This document shows positions 45,583 to 57,312 of a DNA stretch of 64,000 nt, piece by piece. Numbering within the stretch: the stretch's first letter is position 1; each line of letters starts with the position of its first letter. Position numbers and translations under genes: made by a program. Where the stretch lies: positions 34,772 through 98,771 of the forward strand of contig JBBSGR010000005.1 in assembly GCA_038253945.1 (NCBI GenBank), read 5' to 3'. The DNA comes from Gaiellales bacterium (lineage in GTDB: Bacteria; Actinomycetota; Thermoleophilia; Gaiellales; Gaiellaceae). The notes under the pieces are model-generated. The model was not told the DNA's origin and did no database searches. It saw only the letters and a list, made by a program, of their open reading frames with translations.

Positions 45583-48342
45583 GTGGAGCGGGACAGGCGA
45601 GAGCCGGGTGCGCTGATCGTCGGCCGTGAGCGGGAGCTTGCGGCGCTGTACGGGTTCCTGGAGCCCGGCCGCTCGCAGCGGGCGTTCGTCCTCGAGGGCG
45701 GGCCGGGGATCGGCAAGACGACGCTCTGGGAGGCCGGGGTCGACGCTGCGCGGGCGCGGCGGCTGCGGGTGCTGTCGGCGCGGTCGAGCGGTGCCGAGGC
45801 GCAGCGCTCGTTCGCAGCGCTGATCGATCTGCTCGACGGCGTCGCTACGGAGGAGCTGGCTGGCCTGCCGGCTCCTCAGCTGCTCGCGTTGCAGGTGGCG
45901 CTGCTGCGGGCCGAGCCGGCGGAGGTACCCGCGGAGCCGCACGCGATCGCGGTCGGCTTCCTGAACGCTCTGCGGGCGCTGGCGGCCGACACGCCGCTGC
46001 TGGTCTGTGTCGACGACGTCCAGTGGCTCGATCCTCCATCGGCGGAGGCGTTGGCGTTCGCCGCGCCGCGGCTGGAAGGCGCCGAGGTCGGGTTTCTGCT
46101 CGCCCGGCGTCCGGGCACAAGGTCCGCGCTCGAGCGGACGCTCGAACGACAGGGGCTGGAGCGGCTCGAGGTCGGCCCGCTCAGCCTCGGTGCCACGAGC
46201 CGCCTTCTGTCCGAGCGGCTGGGTCTGAGCCTGCGCCGACAACTCTTGCGGCGGATCGTCGACACCACGCTGGGCAATCCGTTGTTCGCGCTCGAGATCG
46301 GCCGCACCCTCTCCGAGCGCGGGCTGTCGGGGATGGGCGAGGAGATCCCCGTGCCGGACGCAGTCGAAGAGCTGTTGGGCACGCGCGTGGCTCGGCTCGC
46401 CCGCCCGGTACGGAGACTGCTGTTGGCGCTCGCTCTGAGCGGCGATCTACGCGTCTCCCAGCTGGCGGCGGTCGCCGACCGCGCCGCCTTCGACGACGCT
46501 GTCGATGCCGGGCTGCTGCTGGTCGACGGCGACCGAGTGCGCGCGTCGCACCCGCTGCTGGCCGCGGCAGCGAGAAACCGCTCGCGCGCAGGCGAGCGGC
46601 GCGAGCTGCACCTCGCCCTCGCAGCGACGGTCGCCGACGAGCAGCTGCGCGCCCTGCACCTCGCGCTGGCGACGGAGCTTCCGGATGCCGAGCTCGCGGC
46701 CACGGTCGCCGCCGCGGCTGGCGCGGCTTCGGTGCGGGCCGCCGTCAGGCAAGCCGTGCAGTTGGCCGAGCACGCGCTGCGCCTGACGCCCCCGGAGCTG
46801 CCCGAGCGCAGCGACAGGCTGCTCGCGCTCGCCTCGTACCTGCTGGTGGCGGGCGAGCGGCAGCGGGTGACGGATCTGCTCGGCCCGGAGCTGGACGTGT
46901 TGCCTGCGGGGGTGGCGCGTGGCCGCGCTTACCTGCTCCTCGCCGAGGGTGGCGCGATCAGGAGCAACAAGGACATCCGGAGATACTTCGAACGGGCGCT
47001 GGCCGAGAGCGAGGGCGACCCGGAGTTGCGTGCGTCAGTGCTCGCGGAAATCTCGGAGAACGACGCCGTCGTCCGGGTCAAGCGGATCCACGAGGCGGAG
47101 GCGGGGGCTCTGGAGGCGCTTTCAGCGTCGCATCTTTCAGGGACTGCCGCGGAGCGGCTCGCGCTGTTTGCGCTGGGCTGGGCGCGCAGCCTGCGTGGAC
47201 GTCCCATCGACGACGCCTGCGACCGCTTCGACGCCGCATCGAGCGCCACTACGTACATCGCCGGATCGCCGGAGCGGGTCGCCGGGCAGCGGCTCGTCTG
47301 GCGCGGCGAGCTGAAGCAGGCGCGGGCCGTTCTGACGCCGTTGCTGTCGGCCGCCGACGAGCGAGGCGAGCCGTCCTCGTACGCCCTGCTGCGCCTCCAC
47401 GTGTGCGAGCTCGAGCTGCGCGCGGGCAACTGCGAGGCGGCGTCGCGCCTCCTCGACGAGTGGGTCGAGTCGTCCGACCGGGAACTCCTGAATTGGCCGA
47501 TGTACGAGCGCTGTCGGGCGCTGCTTTGCGCCGGCCGCGGTCTTGCCGCTGAGGCGGAGCGTTGGGCGACGGAAGCGATCTCGCGCGCCGAGGCGACCGG
47601 CGTTCGCTGGGACTTGCTCGAGGCCCTACGCGCGCGGGGGATCGCGGCGCTGCTCGCACACCAGCCGGCCCAAGCGGTCGAGAGCCTGCGCACGGTCTGG
47701 GAGCACACCGAGCGCGAAGGCGTGGACGAGCCGGGCGTGTTTCCAGTTGCGCCGGATCTGGTCGAGGCGCTGGTCGGGCTGGGAGAGCGAGACGAGGCGC
47801 TGGCGGTCACGCGTCGCCTGGGGGAGCTGGCCGCAGCCCAGCAGCATCCCTGGGGGCTCGCGACGGCGAAGCGCTGCGGCGCGCTCGTGCAGCTCGCCTC
47901 CGAGCGCTACGACGACGACGCAGCGACGGCGTTGGCGCAGGCGGCCGCCGACTACGGTGCGCTCGGCCTGCGCCTCGACGCTGCCAGATCGCTGCTCAGC
48001 CTCGGCCGGGCGCAGCGGCGGTCAAAGAAGTGGGCCGCGGCGCGGCGCTCGCTGGAGCAGTCCGCGGCCGCGTTCGACCAGATCGGCTCGTTCGGGTGGG
48101 CCGAGCAGGCGCGCTCGGAGCTCGCGCGCGTCGGTGCCCGCCGCGCGCCCCCAGCCGGCGCGCTGACGCCGGCCGAGTCGCGCGTGGTCGAGCAGGCGGC
48201 GGCCGGGCTCTCGAACAAGCAGATCGCTCAGTCCCTGTACGTCAGCGTGCACACGATCGAGGTCCATCTCTCGCACGCCTACGCCAAGCTCGGCGTCCGC
48301 TCCCGCGCGCAGCTCGCGGGGCGCCTTTCCGGACTCCGGTGA
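45583..48342 (+). CDS. Large ATP-binding LuxR-family regulator (LAL/STAND type)
   Basis: N-terminal P-loop GGPGIGKTTL, a long helical repeat middle, and a C-terminal LuxR HTH (LTPAESRVVEQAAAGLSNKQIAQSLYVSVHTIEVHLSHAYAKLGV). Confidence 0.9.
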   Translation: MERDRREPGALIVGRERELAALYGFLEPGRSQRAFVLEGGPGIGKTTLWEAGVDAARARRLRVLSARSSGAEAQRSFAALIDLLDGVATEELAGLPAPQLLALQVALLRAEPAEVPAEPHAIAVGFLNALRALAADTPLLVCVDDVQWLDPPSAEALAFAAPRLEGAEVGFLLARRPGTRSALERTLERQGLERLEVGPLSLGATSRLLSERLGLSLRRQLLRRIVDTTLGNPLFALEIGRTLSERGLSGMGEEIPVPDAVEELLGTRVARLARPVRRLLLALALSGDLRVSQLAAVADRAAFDDAVDAGLLLVDGDRVRASHPLLAAAARNRSRAGERRELHLALAATVADEQLRALHLALATELPDAELAATVAAAAGAASVRAAVRQAVQLAEHALRLTPPELPERSDRLLALASYLLVAGERQRVTDLLGPELDVLPAGVARGRAYLLLAEGGAIRSNKDIRRYFERALAESEGDPELRASVLAEISENDAVVRVKRIHEAEAGALEALSASHLSGTAAERLALFALGWARSLRGRPIDDACDRFDAASSATTYIAGSPERVAGQRLVWRGELKQARAVLTPLLSAADERGEPSSYALLRLHVCELELRAGNCEAASRLLDEWVESSDRELLNWPMYERCRALLCAGRGLAAEAERWATEAISRAEATGVRWDLLEALRARGIAALLAHQPAQAVESLRTVWEHTEREGVDEPGVFPVAPDLVEALVGLGERDEALAVTRRLGELAAAQQHPWGLATAKRCGALVQLASERYDDDAATALAQAAADYGALGLRLDAARSLLSLGRAQRRSKKWAAARRSLEQSAAAFDQIGSFGWAEQARSELARVGARRAPPAGALTPAESRVVEQAAAGLSNKQIAQSLYVSVHTIEVHLSHAYAKLGVRSRAQLAGRLSGLR

Positions 48343-48364
48343 CCCAGCTCATCACACGGCGCTC

Positions 48365-48943
48365 TCACGGGTTGCAGGCAGCCGGCGCCGGCTGGTCGAT
48401 CCGGGCATCAGTCCCCGCAGGATTGATGTAGGTCTGCACCGCCTCGGCCGGCTTCGATCCCTCGTTGCGGACGAAGGCGGCCTGGTCGGACGCGAGCTCG
48501 ATGAAGGTCTGCCCGGCGGCGTAGGTCGCCTTGGTGCAGTCCGACTCGTACCTGGTCAACTCGCCTGAGGTCACGATCACGATGACGACGCCGGGATGGC
48601 TGTGCCAGCCCGAGAAACCCCCCGGCTGAAAGGTCAGCTTCTGCTGAATCACGTCGCAAGGTGTTGTGGCGCTGCACGCGACGATCGAGCTGTCGATCGT
48701 GCGCTTGACGCGCTTGATGCGGGTCACGAACTTGCCGCTCTTCGTCTTCGTCTTGACCTTCTGGCTGACCGTGGCGACCTTCGGGACCGAGTACTTGAAC
48801 GGCCCTGCCGTCTTGCCGGCGCCGAGCAGAGCCCCGGCCGCGCCGCCCGGATTCGTTGCGAGCGCGCCGCCCACGAGCGTCACGCCTGTGATCAGGATCG
48901 CGGCTGCAACCGCGGCGAGGCACATCACTTTCTTGTTCTTCAT
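48365..48943 (-). CDS. Secreted cupin-domain protein
   Basis: Signal peptide MKNKKVMCLAAVAAAILITGVTLVGGALA and cupin motif GGFSGWHSHPGVVIVIVTSGEL. ATG 48943 is preceded by AAGGGAG. Confidence 0.7.
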   Translation of the reverse strand: MKNKKVMCLAAVAAAILITGVTLVGGALATNPGGAAGALLGAGKTAGPFKYSVPKVATVSQKVKTKTKSGKFVTRIKRVKRTIDSSIVACSATTPCDVIQQKLTFQPGGFSGWHSHPGVVIVIVTSGELTRYESDCTKATYAAGQTFIELASDQAAFVRNEGSKPAEAVQTYINPAGTDARIDQPAPAACNP

Positions 48944-49011
48944 GGCTCGTCCACTCCCTTCCATACGTCATCTGAGTGCCTTAATGTCACTTTTGTGCCA
49001 CAACGACACGA

Positions 49012-49635
49012 ATGTATATCGTCTTGAGCGTGGCAAGTCAAGGGGGACGTGAGCGACAGAAGCGCCGGACGCGACGTGCCATCCTGGCCGCCGCCGCGGA
49101 GCTCGTCCGCACAGGTCGCGAGCCCACGATCGACGAGGTCGCCGACGCGGCTGACGTCTCGCGACGAACCGCGTACCGCTATTTCCCCACGCACGAGCAG
49201 CTTCTGACCGAAGCGACACTCGAAGCTGTCCGTCCCGAGGTCGAGCAGGCCCTGGCGAGAGTTCAGTGGCAGGATGACGCCGAGGCGCGACTCGACCAGC
49301 TCGTGCAGACCGTTCAACGGCTGACGCTCGAGCAGGAACGGCTGCTCCGCTCGATGATCCGGCTCACTGTCGAGCGGCGCAGCGAGAAGGGCTGGGTGCG
49401 CGGGCAGCGGCGGGTCGAGTGGATCGAGGCGGCGATCGAGCCGCTTGGCGCTCGGCTCAGCCCGGACGATTTCGAGCGACTGGTCTCCGCGCTCTCGCTC
49501 TGTCTCGGCATCGAGACCGTGCTTGTCCTGCGCGACGTGCGCGGACTGAGCGCGCGGAAGGCTACGGAGGTTGCCCGCTGGGCAGCGTCCGCGCTGTTGC
49601 AGGCCAGCCTACGAGGCGCGAGCCGGCCCGAGTAG
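49012..49635 (+). CDS. TetR-family transcriptional regulator
   Basis: HTH region RRAILAAAAELVRTGREPTIDEVADAADVSRRTAYRYFPTHEQLL. The start may be GTG 49030. Confidence 0.85.
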   Translation: MYIVLSVASQGGRERQKRRTRRAILAAAAELVRTGREPTIDEVADAADVSRRTAYRYFPTHEQLLTEATLEAVRPEVEQALARVQWQDDAEARLDQLVQTVQRLTLEQERLLRSMIRLTVERRSEKGWVRGQRRVEWIEAAIEPLGARLSPDDFERLVSALSLCLGIETVLVLRDVRGLSARKATEVARWAASALLQASLRGASRPE

Positions 49636-49645
49636 CGCTTGTCCT

Positions 49646-49667
49646 CCGTTCACGCTCGACGAGCCCG
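49646..49667. repeat. Right copy of the perfect 22-bp direct repeat
   Basis: Identical to 43329..43350. It begins 11 nt after the TetR stop codon. Confidence 0.9.
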
Positions 49668-50090
49668 CGGTGCGCTCGCGGCGGGCTCGTCGGGTGCCCG
49701 GTGAGGACGTATAGCCACGAAACGCTCGACGCTCGGAGAGACGAGAATTGCGGTCGCAGCCGCGGACAGGAGCGCGGCGAGAAGCGCCTTCGCGCCGAAG
49801 CCGAGACCTCCGTCAGGAAAGACCGCAACGAGGGTGAAGATGGCCGCCCCGCCGGCGTCGAAGAGGAGCGAGATCCACCACGCGAGTCGCGAGCGCCGAC
49901 GCAGGAAGAGCACGAGCAGGGCCGTCGTCGCGATCGCAGTCTCCGCGGACGCGCCGCCCCGGCCGTACGAAGGCTCCCCGGGCGCAAGCGCGGTCAGCGT
50001 CACGAGCGCCGCCTGCACGCCCGCATAGATCCGCAGGAGCGCTCGCGGCTCCGGCGAGGCGAGAACGCGCGAGATGGAGCGGATTGCCAC
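49650..50090 (-). CDS. Small hypothetical membrane protein
   Basis: GTG start at 50090, just downstream of the guaA stop. Three or four hydrophobic segments (ALVTLTALAP, IATTALLVLFL, WWISLLFDAGGAAIFTLVAVF, ALLAALLSAAATAILV). Confidence 0.45.
   Translation of the reverse strand: MAIRSISRVLASPEPRALLRIYAGVQAALVTLTALAPGEPSYGRGGASAETAIATTALLVLFLRRRSRLAWWISLLFDAGGAAIFTLVAVFPDGGLGFGAKALLAALLSAAATAILVSPSVERFVAIRPHRAPDEPAASAPRARRA
49657..49692. terminator. Perfect 12-bp-stem hairpin between convergent genes (bidirectional terminator candidate)
   Basis: cgacgagcccgc (49657-49668) pairs with gcgggctcgtcg (49681-49692), with a 12-nt loop. No U-tract. Confidence 0.5.
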
Positions 50091-50098
50091 GAGCGGGC

Positions 50099-51648
50099 CT
50101 ACTCCCACTCGATCGTCGCGGGCGGCTTCGACGAGATGTCGAGAGCGACCCGGTTGACCCCGGGTAGCTCGTTGATGATGCGGCCGGAGATGGCCTCGAG
50201 CACGTCGTAGGGCAGTCGAGCCCAGTCGGCGGTCATGGCGTCCTCGGAGGTGACCGCGCGGATCACGATCGGGTAGGCGTACGTGCGCTCGTCGCCCTGC
50301 ACGCCCACCGAGCGGATCGCGGGCAGGACGGCGAAGCTCTGCCAGAGCTCGCGGTAGAGCCCGGCGCGCCGGATCTCGTCCTGAAGGATCGCGTCCGCGT
50401 CCCGCAGGATCGCGAGCCGCTCCGGCGTCACTTCGCCGATGATTCGGATCGCGAGGCCGGGCCCGGGGAACGGCTGGCGCCACACCATCCGCTCCGGCAG
50501 GCCGAGCTCCAGGCCGACGCGCCGCACCTCGTCCTTGAAGAGCAGTCGCAGCGGCTCGACGAGCTCCAGCCGCATCTCCGCCGGCAAGCCGCCGACATTG
50601 TGGTGGGACTTGATCGTGGCCGCGAGCCCGTCCTCCGAGCCGCCGGACTCGATCACGTCCGAGTACAGCGTCCCCTGCACCAAGAAGCGGATCGTCTGCT
50701 CCATCGACTCGGCGGCGCGTTCGGCCTCCCGCTCGAACACTCGAATGAACTCCTCGCCTATAACCCGCCGCTTCTCCTCCGGGTCCTCCACGCCTGTCAG
50801 TCTCGAGAGGAAGCGCTCCTTCGCGTCGACGTGGACGAGCGGGACCTGAAAGTGCCCGCGAAACGTCTCGACGACCTGGGCTGCCTCGTCACTGCGCAGC
50901 AGGCCGTGATCGACGAAGACGCACGTCAGCTGATTCCCGACAGCACGGTGCACGAGCAGTGCGGCGACCGCCGAGTCGACACCGCCGGAAAGCCCGCAGA
51001 GGACGCGCTCGCCGCCGACCTGCGCCCGGATCCGAGCGATCTGCTCCTCGATCACGGCCGCCGCGGTCCACGTCGAGGGCGCCTCAGCCACGCCGACCAG
51101 GAAGTTCTGCAGCACCTCGTTGCCGTACGCCGTATGGCTGACCTCGGGATGGAACTGCACCCCGTAGAGCCGTCGTGCCGGGTCCTCGAAGGCCGCAATC
51201 GGCGTCGACGGCGAGCCGGCGACGACACGTGCGCCGAGCGGCGCGGCGACGACCGAGTCGCGGTGGCTCATCCAGCAGGTTTGCTCGGCCGGAAGGCCGG
51301 CGAACAGCGCTCCCTCCTCAGTCTGCACTTCGGTACGGCCGAACTCGGACACGCCGGTGCGATCGACTCGGCCGCCCAGCTCCTTTGCCATCAGCTGCAT
51401 GCCGTAGCAGATGCCGAGTAAGGGCACGCCGAGCTCGAAGAGCTCCGGATCGACTCCGGGAGCATCGTCGGAGTAGACCGAAGCGGGCCCGCCGCTCAAC
51501 ACGAGGGCGAGGGGATTCCGCGCCCGCACTGCGTCGGCAGAGATCCGATGTCCGACGAGCTCCGAGAAGACGTGACACTCGCGCACCCTGCGAGCGATCA
51601 GCTGCGAGTACTGCCCGCCGAGATCGACGACCAGAACCGGGCGGCCAT
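50099..51648 (-). CDS. guaA: GMP synthase (glutamine-hydrolysing); the 5-prime end needs a 1-nt frame correction or a non-canonical start
   Basis: GATase motif [13 protein letters not shown]-PPase motif LSGGVDSAV, and C-terminal PPATIEWE. The conserved N-terminal strand [21 protein letters not shown] lies upstream of the track start with no canonical in-frame start. See the finding at 51586..51721. Confidence 0.9.
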
Positions 51649-51686
51649 GCTCGTGAGCCTCTGGCTCGGAGGCACGAGTCTCGGCG

Positions 51687-54591
<2,905 letters not shown>

Positions 54592-54595
<4 letters not shown>

Positions 54596-55110
54596 GGTCT
54601 CATTCCTCTCTCCTCGAGCTCCGCCCGCAGGGTCTGCAGCGCCCGGGATAGGCGCATCCGGCAGGCCGCCTCGCTCGTGCCGAGCCGCTGCGCGATCTCG
54701 GCATAGGGACGGCCCTCGAGCAACTTTCCGACGACGACTTCCTGCTGCGACTTCGGCAACCGGGCAATCGCGCGGTGCAGGGCCTCGGCAACGAGGGAGC
54801 CGTAATCCGATTCTGAGACCCGCTCTGCGCGCGCCTCCTCGAGTGAGATCACTTCCGCCGGCAGGCTCGTCCTTCGTCGCGCAGCATCCGTGAGGCGTCG
54901 CTGCGCAACGGTGTAGAGCAACGCGAGCACCGGTTTCGCGCCTGGTTTGAACCGCTCGAGCGCCCGCACCGCGTCGGCGAAGACGAGCTGAACTACGTCC
55001 TCGGCTTCCTGCCTCGTCTCGGTTCGGCGGCGCACGTACCGGTACACCTGTGCGTAGTGCCTACGGAAAGCGGACTCGGCAAGATTGGCCACACCCTGTC
55101 TCTCGGGCAC
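54592..55110 (-). CDS. ECF-type RNA polymerase sigma-70 family factor
   Basis: Region 2 (YAQVYRYVRRRTETRQEAEDVVQLVF) and region 4 HTH (LPKSQQEVVVGKLLEGRPYAEIAQRLGTSEAACRMRLSRAL). Confidence 0.85.
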
Positions 55111-55133
55111 CTGAGGGAAACGTAACGGGCCTT

Positions 55134-55156
55134 CAGCGGAACCGGCCGTTCCGCTG
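55134..55156 (-). terminator. Perfect 9-bp-stem hairpin downstream of pfkB and upstream of the ECF sigma gene
   Basis: cagcggaac-cggcc-gttccgctg read directly, 35 nt after the pfkB stop. Confidence 0.45.
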
Positions 55157-55190
55157 GAATCCCTCGCGGACGCGGCGCGGCGGCGGCCCG

Positions 55191-56144
55191 CTACGCGGCG
55201 ACGCGGTCGAGCTCGACGAGCTCGACGTTCGCCGCGAGGCGATCGACCTCGCGCTGCGGGAAGCGCCCGGCACCCACCTCCAGCGTGGCGGCGGCACCCG
55301 TCGCGACAGCGCTGCGAAGCGCGTCGTCGACGCTCTGCTCCGCGAAGCGGGCGGCCAGAAACCCCGCCAGCAAGACGTCTCCGGAGCCGACCGGCGATAC
55401 CGGCTCGACGAAGGGAGCGCGGGCGTGCAGCCGCCGAATCGCCCGGTCCTCGCGAAACAGGCCGAAGCAGCCGGATGCCGCCGTGATCAGCACGTTCCTC
55501 GGTCCGAGCTCTCCGACCGTGTCGAGCGCGGCCACGAAGTCCTGCTCGTCCTCGAACTCCTGTCCCGCGAGGCCCTCCGCCTCGCGCTGGTTCGGCGAGA
55601 CGAGGAACGGCTCGGCCTCGACGCCCAGGTGCAGGGGCTCGCCGTCGGCATCGAGCACGGTCTGAACGCCGAGCCGGTTCAGATCACGGATCGCGTCGGC
55701 GTAGAAACCGGCTTCGACGCCGCGGGGCAGCGTCCCGGCGAAGACGACGGCGTTCGCGCCACGCGCGAGGTAATGCAGCTTCTCCCGCAGCAGCTCGAGC
55801 TCCGCCGCCTGCACGTACGGGCCCCACTCGTTGATCTCGGTGTACGTGCCCGCCATGTCGTCCACGACCGCGGTCGACGTACGCGACTCTCCCTCGATTC
55901 GCACGAAGTCGTTCAGGATCGCCTCGCTCGTCAGCTCCTCGATGATCCGCGTGCCGGTGCGTCCGCCGGCGAGTCCGGTCGCGACCACGGGCACGTCCAG
56001 TCGCTTGAGCGCCCGGGCGATGTTGATCCCCTTTCCACCCGCGAGCGTGAGGCTCTCGCTCGAGCGGTGACGCTGGCCAGGCTTGAAGTTCGGCACCGTC
56101 AGCGTCCGGTCGACGGCCGCGTTCAGCGTGACCGTGACGATCAC
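55191..56144 (-). CDS. PfkB-family hexose-phosphate kinase (1-phosphofructokinase-like)
   Basis: VTLNAAVDRT...LAGGKGINIARAL N-terminus and the C-terminal PVSPVGSGDVLLAGF motif. GTG start re-picked at 56144. Confidence 0.85.
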   Translation of the reverse strand: MIVTVTLNAAVDRTLTVPNFKPGQRHRSSESLTLAGGKGINIARALKRLDVPVVATGLAGGRTGTRIIEELTSEAILNDFVRIEGESRTSTAVVDDMAGTYTEINEWGPYVQAAELELLREKLHYLARGANAVVFAGTLPRGVEAGFYADAIRDLNRLGVQTVLDADGEPLHLGVEAEPFLVSPNQREAEGLAGQEFEDEQDFVAALDTVGELGPRNVLITAASGCFGLFREDRAIRRLHARAPFVEPVSPVGSGDVLLAGFLAARFAEQSVDDALRSAVATGAAATLEVGAGRFPQREVDRLAANVELVELDRVAA

Positions 56145-56154
56145 GACGCATTCC

Positions 56155-57312
56155 TCACGAGACCCAGCCCCAGACGCGATGCACGGTACGACCCGCATAC
56201 CACGACAGACGGCCGGCGACTCCGGGTCTCGCGATCGAGCGAGCGGCCACGAGCGGCCTGGAGCCGAGCAGGCGGCGCCCGTCGTAGATCCGTACCACGC
56301 CGAGCCGCTCGCGCCGCCTCACCGGAAGCGAGACGCGAGTCGGAGCTACCACGCGCTCGGTCAGCGGCCGTCCGAGCTGCACCACCCGGACGAGGGGTCG
56401 GCTCGGCACGAGGCGGACGGCCCTGCGGCCGTACTGCGTCTCGACCCGCGCGTAGGTGACGCGTCCGTCCACCAGCAACGTCGGACGATAGCGCGCGATG
56501 CCCCACTTGAGCAGCGCCTCCAAATCAACGTTCCGCGCGTCCCGGGAGGGGCTGCCGATCAGCGTCGCGTAGATCGTTCCGCCGGCACGGCGGGCTGCCG
56601 CGACCTCCGACCAGCCGGCGATCGACGTGTGGCCGGTCTTGACGCCGATCACGGCGGGGAAGGTCGAGAGCAGGTCGTTCCAGGTGTGCAGCACCCGGCC
56701 GCCGGCGATCGTTGCAGTTTGCTGCCGGACGATCGCTCTCACGGACGGCTTCCGCATCACGAGGCGCGCGAGCCGCGTCACGTCGTCCGCGCTCGAGACG
56801 TGGCCCGGCACGTCGAGCCCGTCCGGGCGGGCGAAATGGGTGTCGGCGAGCCCCAGAGCCCTCGCGCGGCTGTTCATCAGGCGCACGAAGGCCTCCCGGT
56901 CACCGCGCCCGACGTACAGCGCGAGTGCGTTCGCTGCGTCATTCGCGCTCTGGATCAGCGCGGCCTTTACGAGGTCCCGGACGGTCAACCGCTCGCCCGC
57001 CGAGAGGCCGACCGTCGATCCCTCGATGCCGACAGCCCCGGAAGAGACGGTCACGACGTCGTCGAGCCGTGCACGCTGGAGCGTCACGAGCACCGTCATC
57101 AGCTTCGTGATGCTCGCAATCGGCAGACGCGCGTGCGGGTGCTCTGCGTACAGCACGCGGCCGGTCGCGCCGTCGACGACCTCGACCGCCCGCGCCTGCG
57201 CGTGCGGCGGCGTCGCGCGCGCCCCGACGAGCGCCGCGAGCAGCGCCGCGAGCAGAGCCAGGCGCCGCGGGCGTTCGACTCTCCTCGAAGGAGAGGCCTG
57301 CCCCCGGATCAC
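56155..57312 (-). CDS. D-alanyl-D-alanine carboxypeptidase (S11, PBP5-like)
   Basis: SxxK (ASITK), SxN (QSAND) and KTG (VKTGHT), with a signal peptide after GTG 57312, which overlaps the pyrF stop (GTGA). Confidence 0.85.
   Translation of the reverse strand: MIRGQASPSRRVERPRRLALLAALLAALVGARATPPHAQARAVEVVDGATGRVLYAEHPHARLPIASITKLMTVLVTLQRARLDDVVTVSSGAVGIEGSTVGLSAGERLTVRDLVKAALIQSANDAANALALYVGRGDREAFVRLMNSRARALGLADTHFARPDGLDVPGHVSSADDVTRLARLVMRKPSVRAIVRQQTATIAGGRVLHTWNDLLSTFPAVIGVKTGHTSIAGWSEVAAARRAGGTIYATLIGSPSRDARNVDLEALLKWGIARYRPTLLVDGRVTYARVETQYGRRAVRLVPSRPLVRVVQLGRPLTERVVAPTRVSLPVRRRERLGVVRIYDGRRLLGSRPLVAARSIARPGVAGRLSWYAGRTVHRVWGWVS

Noticed and set aside
55111-55190. ECF-type autoregulated promoter (GGAAC ... 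CGTT) upstream of the sigma factor gene
   Set aside because: A GGAAC and a CGTT are present on the minus strand. Their spacing is about 20 nt rather than the usual 16-17 nt. The GGAAC is also one arm of the perfect 9-bp hairpin, which is more simply read as the pfkB terminator.
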